Positions 8,498 to 14,825 of a stretch of 24,869 nt of DNA are shown piece by piece (the first letter of the stretch is position 1; every line of letters begins with the position of its first letter). The position numbers were made by a program, and so were the translations under genes. The stretch comes from a virus (lineage: Duplodnaviria; Caudoviricetes). The notes under the pieces were generated by a model that searched no databases, had not been told where the DNA came from, and worked only from the letters and a program-made list of their open reading frames with translations. Location: positions 1-24,869 of IMG/VR virus record IMGVR_UViG_3300037755_000271; one strand, written 5' to 3'.

Positions 8498-10648
8498 ATG
8501 GGCGCGCCGGCATACATTCACGTCAAGAACTTCAAAGCAGGTCTCAATCGAGGCGGCACCCGGCTCAGCACCGAGGCCGGCGCGCTGTGGACGCTCATCA
8601 ACGCCCACCTTAACCGCAACGGCGACATTGTTGGTCGCAAGAAGTTCGTCGAGAAGTACGTTCTGCCATCGCAGTCTTTCGGCCTGCACACGCTCAGCGA
8701 CGAGCTTTACACTTTCGGATCGGCGGATGTTGGCGGCACCGTTCCGGCTGGCGTGAATTTCCAGCGGCTGCAGCATCCGGACGGCACGACTGCCATGACG
8801 GCTGTGCTCGACACCGAGAATTTCAACGGACAGATTTACGTCATCGCCGAGTTCGCGGATGGCAATGTCTATCATTTCTACGACGGCGTGCTGGTGGCCG
8901 ACTGGATCAACGGCATCGTCACCGCCGCCATGGCAGACAACGACGGCATAGCTGAGCACCTGAAAGACCTGATCGACGCGAGCTCGGAATTCTCGGCCAC
9001 GCGGAGTGGCGCTGTGATCACCGTGACCGGCGCCGATACGGAAGACTTCGACGTCATTCTGTCAGCCGTGAACGGTGAGGGCAACGCCGCCAGCGATCAA
9101 TCACTCACGCCGAACGTGACGCAGGAAGCGATCGACGGCGTGGTGCAGACGGCCGCCACAGCCTCTTTCCGGGTGTCCGGAGGAACCTCCAATCCAGGCA
9201 TAAATGAGATATCCTCTGTGACGATCGACGGCGTGGAGATTCTTGATACGGACGTCGATTGGGCCACCTCCCATTCCGCGACGGCCACGGCGATTGCAAA
9301 CCAGATTAATACCTTCAATTCGACGCCGGAATACACGGCTTCGGCATCCGGTCAGACCGTCACGGTAGTTGCACCCTTGGCCGATGGCGCCAGCGCGAAT
9401 GGTCGGGTGATCGTCGTCACGTTCGGCGGCGACGTGCTGATCACCGATGCCGTCAACATGTCGGGCGGCCTCGACGCGGCGACCGGGCAGGCAAAGATCG
9501 TCGAGATCACGGTCGGCGGCACGTTCGAAGTGGGCGACCGGTTCACGATCACGCTCGACAAGGGCGACACGACGCACATCTTCGGCGCGGACGGCAATCC
9601 GGAATTCACCAGCCGCACGTTGCAGACCTTCAAATCCAAGCTCTACAGCACGGTCTCCAGCCTCCTGTTCTTCTCGGCCGTCAATAACCCGCTCGGCTGG
9701 AATCGCGACGACGACCTGAATGTCGGCGCCAACTTCATCAACATGGCCTCGCAGGATGAGGGCGCGCAGACGCTCTACGGCACTGCCGTATATCAGGGCA
9801 ACATGGCGGTTTTCGCGCGACGCACGATCCTGCTCTGGTCGATGGACGTCGACGAAGACCTGAACGTGTTCCTGCAGTTCCTTCAGAACACCGGATCGCG
9901 CTCCGGCCAGTCGATCCTGTCGTTCGGCAACAATGATGTGTTTTACCTGTCCGACGTCGGCATTCGCAGCCTCCGCGCACGGGACAGTTCGAATGCCGCC
10001 TACGTGAGCGACGTCGGCAACGCGATCGATCCGCTGATCACAGCCCACATGGCTGGATTGTCAGACAGCGTGGTCGAGGCTGCGGTAGCGGTGCTCGAGC
10101 CGGAGGATGACCGGTATTGGCTGGCGCTCGGCACGCGCATCTACGTCTTCAGCTTCTTCCCCGGCTCCAAGGTGAGCGCCTGGTCGTATTATGACGTCAC
10201 GGAGGACATCGGCGCGCAGATTACCGAGTTCGCGCGCACGTCGAATCGCGTCTACGCGCGCGCCGGCCAGAACGTGTACCTCTATGGCGGCGACAGCGGC
10301 GAGGTATACCCGGCTGCCGACGAGGCGCCGGTTACGGTCGATTTCCCCTTCCTGGATGCCGGATCGCCAGCTACCGGTAAGGCATTCCGCGGCATCGACA
10401 TCGGCGCCCGCGGCGTGTGGGACGTATCCGTGGCCGTCGATCCGAGCGAGCCGGACGATGCGTTAATTAGATATGTGACGATCGGTTCTTTGGTTAATAC
10501 GACGTTTGCCGGCGGGCGCAATCCCGGCCAGTTTGCTTCGACTCATTTTGCGCCGAAGCTGGTGGCATCGCGCGGCGGTTTCGTCAGCCTGAGTTCGGTC
10601 TCGCTCCATTACGACGATCCACATGAGCCGGGAGGCAAGTCAGTTTGA
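8498..10648 (+). CDS. Tail nozzle / tail tubular protein B-like (P22 gp10 or T7 gp12 equivalent) with inserted domain
   Basis: 716 aa; N-terminal NFKAGLN...NAHLNRNGDIVGRK, beta-propeller-like repeats (LLFFSAVNNP, VFYLSDVGIRSL), SAWSYY; follows the adaptor. Confidence 0.72.
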   Translation: MGAPAYIHVKNFKAGLNRGGTRLSTEAGALWTLINAHLNRNGDIVGRKKFVEKYVLPSQSFGLHTLSDELYTFGSADVGGTVPAGVNFQRLQHPDGTTAMTAVLDTENFNGQIYVIAEFADGNVYHFYDGVLVADWINGIVTAAMADNDGIAEHLKDLIDASSEFSATRSGAVITVTGADTEDFDVILSAVNGEGNAASDQSLTPNVTQEAIDGVVQTAATASFRVSGGTSNPGINEISSVTIDGVEILDTDVDWATSHSATATAIANQINTFNSTPEYTASASGQTVTVVAPLADGASANGRVIVVTFGGDVLITDAVNMSGGLDAATGQAKIVEITVGGTFEVGDRFTITLDKGDTTHIFGADGNPEFTSRTLQTFKSKLYSTVSSLLFFSAVNNPLGWNRDDDLNVGANFINMASQDEGAQTLYGTAVYQGNMAVFARRTILLWSMDVDEDLNVFLQFLQNTGSRSGQSILSFGNNDVFYLSDVGIRSLRARDSSNAAYVSDVGNAIDPLITAHMAGLSDSVVEAAVAVLEPEDDRYWLALGTRIYVFSFFPGSKVSAWSYYDVTEDIGAQITEFARTSNRVYARAGQNVYLYGGDSGEVYPAADEAPVTVDFPFLDAGSPATGKAFRGIDIGARGVWDVSVAVDPSEPDDALIRYVTIGSLVNTTFAGGRNPGQFASTHFAPKLVASRGGFVSLSSVSLHYDDPHEPGGKSV

Positions 10649-11361
10649 AGTTGAGCCCGATTACCTTGGATGAGGCGCTGTTCGTTGCGAAGAACATGCG
10701 CGAGGCGGACCGGAAGGAGGTGTTTGCAACCCGTTGGAATGATGATATTTTCGACTTGGCGTTGGACTGCACTTTCGTCGGCAAATTCGGCTGGATCGCG
10801 TCGCTCGACGAGCCGATCGCGGTCATCGGCTGCGCGCCGACCTGGCCGGGGTCGTGGAACGCTTTCATGTTCGCCACGCCGTCGTTTTTGTCGATTTCAA
10901 GAAAGCTGACAAAGTTCACACGTCGTGTGATAATGCCGGCTCTGGTGGCCGCCGGTGCGCACCGCATGGAGTGTCACACCCATGTGGACCACGTTGAAGC
11001 GCACCGTTGGCTTGAGTTCCTTGGGGCTGAGAAGAAGCACCTGAGAGAGAACTACGGTAGAAATGGTGAAGACTTTTACATCTATGAGTGGTCACATGAC
11101 AGCATCGCTAAAATACGATCACGGCCCGGCCAAAGAGCATTGTCAGAAGATTGGCCTCATGTGGGACGAAGCCGGAGCGAAGCTCGCCGATCAGGTATCT
11201 GCGGCTGCGGGGCTCACTCAGAGCCAATTCACCGAGGCGCTGAAGCTTCACATGGAGCACGTCAAGCACCTGTTCACGCCGGCGAATTACCCTTGGAAGG
11301 CGCGCCTGTTCCTGGCGGCATACTTCCTCGGAATCGTTCGGCCGAAGTAAGGAGCGACTGA
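10645..11361 (+). CDS. GNAT-fold protein (T7 gp13 / internal virion protein A-like acyltransferase)
   Basis: TTG start overlapping the upstream TGA, GGAGG RBS at 10631-10635; NMREADRKEV and H-VEAHRWLEFLGA...YGRNGEDF motifs. The core ends near residue 150; the remainder overlaps the next ORF. Confidence 0.72.
   Translation: MKLSPITLDEALFVAKNMREADRKEVFATRWNDDIFDLALDCTFVGKFGWIASLDEPIAVIGCAPTWPGSWNAFMFATPSFLSISRKLTKFTRRVIMPALVAAGAHRMECHTHVDHVEAHRWLEFLGAEKKHLRENYGRNGEDFYIYEWSHDSIAKIRSRPGQRALSEDWPHVGRSRSEARRSGICGCGAHSEPIHRGAEASHGARQAPVHAGELPLEGAPVPGGILPRNRSAEVRSD
11096..11350 (+). CDS. Hypothetical protein (84 aa) nested in the +1 frame of the GNAT tail
   Basis: MTASLKYDHG...LFLAAYFLGIVRPK; protein-like composition and GC-ending codons, whereas the overlapping GNAT-frame tail looks off-frame; its TAA merges with the RBS of the next gene. 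Confidence 0.6.
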   Translation: MTASLKYDHGPAKEHCQKIGLMWDEAGAKLADQVSAAAGLTQSQFTEALKLHMEHVKHLFTPANYPWKARLFLAAYFLGIVRPK

Positions 11362-11362
11362 C

Positions 11363-11968
11363 GTGTGCATGTTCGGCGGCGGAATGCCTTCCGATAACTC
11401 GGCCGAGATCGCGCGCAAGCAGGCGATGGCGCGGGAGACTCGCGTCAACGAGGGTCGCGGCGCGATTGATCAGGCGTTCACGCAGTTCGACGATCCGTAT
11501 TTCGCTAAGCAGCAACAGCAGTTCAGCGACTACTACATGCCGCAATTGGAATCGCAGTACAAAGATGCGCGCCGCGGTCTCACGCTCGATCTCGCACGCA
11601 GCGGGAATTTGAATAGCGGCAGCGGCGCACGAAGTCTTGCCAATCTGCAGGGCGCCTACACGGACCAGCGTGCTCGGCAAGCGGATGAGGCGATGAACTA
11701 CGCCAATCAGCGCCGCAGCGACGTGGAAGGGGAGCGTTCGAAGCTCTACCAGTATAACCTGTCGGCCGCCGATCCGTCTGCGGTCGGCAGCGCCGTGCAG
11801 GCCGGCGTCGGCGCGCTCGACGTGCAGCCGAGTTTTAGTCCGCTCGGTGCGATGTTCCAGGACTTCGCCAGCAACGCCAACACGGCGATCAAGCAGAAGC
11901 GGTATCGTGATCAGCAGGGCGGCGCGAATATCTACGATCACTCGAATGCCGCTTCGATCATAGGATAA
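11363..11968 (+). CDS. Internal virion / ejection protein (Met-Cys start)
   Basis: AAGGAG 8 nt before GTG 11363; MCMFGGG; helical Gln/Ala-rich; LARSGNLNSG motif. Confidence 0.75.
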   Translation: MCMFGGGMPSDNSAEIARKQAMARETRVNEGRGAIDQAFTQFDDPYFAKQQQQFSDYYMPQLESQYKDARRGLTLDLARSGNLNSGSGARSLANLQGAYTDQRARQADEAMNYANQRRSDVEGERSKLYQYNLSAADPSAVGSAVQAGVGALDVQPSFSPLGAMFQDFASNANTAIKQKRYRDQQGGANIYDHSNAASIIG

Positions 11969-11974
11969 CAGGAT

Positions 11975-12439
11975 ATGTGCTCGCCAAGCATCTCGACTTT
12001 CATCGACCCGATCGGAACGCTTTCCAAGTCGGTCAGCGGAGCGATCGGCGGTCCGCTCGGAACGCTTGTCGACCCGGTGGGCGCAGGACAGCGCGCGATT
12101 GGCAGCGCGGTCGGCGGCGTGCCGGGCGCTTTCCTTGACCCTGGCCGTATCGCCACGGCGATCGGAAGCGGCATGGAGCCGAAGCCACCGCAGGCGACGG
12201 GTGGCGTGCAGACGGTCGACGGCGGTGGACCGGGCGCGCCAAGCGCAGTCTACCAGCCGAGCGCGAACACCTACGCGCAAGGCAGCGGACAGGATGGTGC
12301 ACTCAACACCTACGTGCTCGGCATGAACAAGGCGCGCAGGGGTGCCGGTGACGTGTTCACGGCCGGTGTTGGCGAAGACGTGCTCGGTCCATTTAACCAG
12401 GGCGGCCAGAAGGCCGTGAAGAAAATACAGGCGCCGTGA
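11975..12439 (+). CDS. Gly-rich putative internal virion protein (Met-Cys start)
   Basis: AGGA RBS; MCSPS; three hDP...AIG repeats; tightly packed with neighbours. Confidence 0.65.
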   Translation: MCSPSISTFIDPIGTLSKSVSGAIGGPLGTLVDPVGAGQRAIGSAVGGVPGAFLDPGRIATAIGSGMEPKPPQATGGVQTVDGGGPGAPSAVYQPSANTYAQGSGQDGALNTYVLGMNKARRGAGDVFTAGVGEDVLGPFNQGGQKAVKKIQAP

Positions 12440-12440
12440 T

Positions 12441-12617
12441 ATGTGCATGCCCCAAATGATGGACATGATGTCTCAGATGCAGCAGGGAAAGAGTCCAATG
12501 CAGCCGAGCCAGACGCCGAGCACGCTGCAGCCCATGGCCGCGACGCCGGCGATGCGTGGCATGAGTGGTATTGCTCAGTCCGTCATGGGCGCCATGCAGC
12601 CGCAGGGGATGCAGTAA
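12441..12617 (+). CDS. 58-aa Met/Gln/Pro-rich peptide (Met-Cys start), absent from the ORF track
   Basis: MCMPQMMDMMSQMQQGKSPMQPSQTPSTLQPMAATPAMRGMSGIAQSVMGAMQPQGMQ*; fills the gap with 1-nt spacers on both sides (TGA-T-ATG and TAA-G-ATG). Confidence 0.7.
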   Translation: MCMPQMMDMMSQMQQGKSPMQPSQTPSTLQPMAATPAMRGMSGIAQSVMGAMQPQGMQ

Positions 12618-12618
12618 G

Positions 12619-13347
12619 ATGTGCGCGCCGATGCTCGCAGTCATGGCGGTCGGCATGGCCATCAGTGCGGCCATGACGATGGCGCAACAGCGAGCCGCGC
12701 AGAAGAACCAGGCCGGCATGATCAACGCGCGCAACGATGCGAATCTCGCCGAGGCGGAACGGCAGGAAGGCTATCAGGCGCAGTCCGATCAGGTGTTCGG
12801 CGACGCGCTCTCCAAGTATGAAGGCAACGAGGCGAACACGCGCGCGCTGGAGGCGGATGCCAAGCGCGAGGACGCGCTGACCGGCGCCATGGATCAGGCG
12901 AGCGCCCCGTACAATCCGTCGTTCGGCACGGCCGGCGGGCCGCAGGTCATCAAGAGCGAGCTCGCGCGGAAGACCGCCGGCGTGATCACGTCCGGCAAGA
13001 ACCAGGCCAAGGCGCTGGCTAAGCTCGGCGGCGCCAAGGATGCGAATTTCGGTCAGTTGATCAGTCTTGGCCGGAGCGGCGGCAAGCTCGGCGACGTCAA
13101 CGCGCTTTCGCAAGGCAGCGCGCGTCTGCTTCCGATCGAGCAGCAGACGGCGATCACGAACGCTTATAATCCCCCGTCGCCGTGGCTCGAGGTGGGCAAG
13201 CAAGTCGGCCAAGGGCTGTCGAGCTATGGTGGCGGCATGAGTGGAGGCACGCCTGGAACTTACGGCACGGTCGGTCGCAACAGCGGTCAGGCCATGGATG
13301 GCAGTTGGCTGATCGGGCGCAGCGGCACGTTGGGTGGAGGCGTGTAA
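12619..13347 (+). CDS. Internal virion / ejection protein, T7 gp14-like position (Met-Cys start)
   Basis: ATG 12619: MCAPMLAVMAVGMAISAAM hydrophobic N-terminus, then Gln/Ala coiled coil and Gly-rich C-terminus. Confidence 0.75.
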   Translation: MCAPMLAVMAVGMAISAAMTMAQQRAAQKNQAGMINARNDANLAEAERQEGYQAQSDQVFGDALSKYEGNEANTRALEADAKREDALTGAMDQASAPYNPSFGTAGGPQVIKSELARKTAGVITSGKNQAKALAKLGGAKDANFGQLISLGRSGGKLGDVNALSQGSARLLPIEQQTAITNAYNPPSPWLEVGKQVGQGLSSYGGGMSGGTPGTYGTVGRNSGQAMDGSWLIGRSGTLGGGV

Positions 13348-14825
13348 TGGCGCAGTTGCCGAATCCATACGGCCCTGCATCTCCAATTGGCAACAGCCTG
13401 TCCGAATTGATGCAGACCATGTTCAATCCTGCGACTAGCGGCATCGACCCGACGAAGCAGGCGTATAACCGCGCTGCCGCAGCCAAGCTGCGAGCCGAGA
13501 CGGATATTCTGTCCGGCAAGGATGCCGCGATGTCGAGCATCGGTAACATGACTCAAGACATGATCTCTCAATCACAACGCGCGGCTCCGACGCTCAGCCT
13601 CGATCCTACGAACGACGTCACGTTGCCTTCGGATGCTGGATATTTTACGTCGCGCATGGGCGATCTAACGTCGGCCGGAACTCGTGCAGGCATGAATCCC
13701 GAACAGATTGGTCAACTTGCATTCCAGACGGCGCGGCAGGCGAACTTGCCGGCCGATCAGGTCGCGCGCTTCTCGCCGGACTTCTTGCCGTTGAATGCCG
13801 GCCTGACGATCGCCGATCGTGATAAGATGATCGCTGATGAGAACGTAGCGAAGACCAATCGAGCCACCGCGACCGAGCGGGCCAAACCGCACAACATCGG
13901 TGAAGGTGATATTGCGCTGTTCCCGCCGGGCGATCCGCGCGGCGCCGGGCGCGTTGCCGGACTGCCGACGATCAACACGCAGCGCGGTATCGTCGCGCGG
14001 GATGCGCTGGCGGCGAATAAAATGACGCCGGTTCAGTCTCGCATTCTTGGCGGCAATCCGACGCCGCGCAACTACGCCGCGCCGAATGGCGGCCAAGGCA
14101 TCACGCATGATGGCGTGACCGACGCGCAGACCGGGCAATTGATCCCGCAAGGGTCGACCGTCTTCACCGGCCAGCTTCAGGCCGGGAGCATGGGCGACCT
14201 GACCAAGGCGACCACGACGCAGGTTCAGAAAGAGACCTTGGCGGCCACTCGGTTCAAGGATCTGCTGACCCGCACACGAACCGTCGCCGCGGCCGATCCG
14301 ACTAACTTCGGTGTGCCCGGCTTTGTCAAAGGCACCGCGCAGGACGTGCAGGCGCTCGCCAACGGCATTTCCACCGGTCTTGGATACACCAATGCGCCGC
14401 AGGCCGTCAGCGAAGTGCGAAACAAGATCGCGCGCAGCGGCGTCGATCCGGCACTGTTCAGCGGTGTGTTCGATCCGGCCCTGCCGGCATTGGAGAGCAT
14501 GTCCGACCTGCTCGTATTCTCGGCCGCGGAGACCTTGGCCGGACAGGAAGGCCGCAGCGTCTCGGATCGCGACGTCAAGATGTTCAAGCAGATCGCCGGC
14601 GATCCGCGGTCGTGGATGATGTCGCAGGAGAAGTACTTGGCCAAGCTGAAGGTCATGGAAGACATCGTTGATGGCCGTATGGGCGCCACGCAGCAGTTCG
14701 TCGATCAGAACCGTGGCGGTCGACCGGCGCCACAGCGCGGCCCGCAACCCGGCGCGGTCGAAGACGGTTTCCGCTTCAAGGGCGGCAACCCAGCCGATCC
14801 GAACGCCTGGGAGAGGGCGCAGTGA
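13347..14825 (+). CDS. Internal virion / DNA ejection protein (492 aa)
   Basis: GGAGG RBS at 13336-13340, TAATG overlap; MAQLPNPYG...; C-terminal GAVEDGFRFKGGNPADPNAWE module. Confidence 0.72.
   Translation: MAQLPNPYGPASPIGNSLSELMQTMFNPATSGIDPTKQAYNRAAAAKLRAETDILSGKDAAMSSIGNMTQDMISQSQRAAPTLSLDPTNDVTLPSDAGYFTSRMGDLTSAGTRAGMNPEQIGQLAFQTARQANLPADQVARFSPDFLPLNAGLTIADRDKMIADENVAKTNRATATERAKPHNIGEGDIALFPPGDPRGAGRVAGLPTINTQRGIVARDALAANKMTPVQSRILGGNPTPRNYAAPNGGQGITHDGVTDAQTGQLIPQGSTVFTGQLQAGSMGDLTKATTTQVQKETLAATRFKDLLTRTRTVAAADPTNFGVPGFVKGTAQDVQALANGISTGLGYTNAPQAVSEVRNKIARSGVDPALFSGVFDPALPALESMSDLLVFSAAETLAGQEGRSVSDRDVKMFKQIAGDPRSWMMSQEKYLAKLKVMEDIVDGRMGATQQFVDQNRGGRPAPQRGPQPGAVEDGFRFKGGNPADPNAWERAQ

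Noticed and set aside
12443-12676. Track ORF MHAPNDGH... (77 aa) and the 12565 start of the next gene
   Set aside because: The 12441-12617 frame and ATG 12619 fit the gap exactly with translational coupling; the track calls overlap them out of frame.
13182-13346. N-terminal extension of the 547-aa track ORF
   Set aside because: It overlaps the upstream gene and reads as off-frame sequence; GGAGG plus the TAATG overlap supports ATG 13347.
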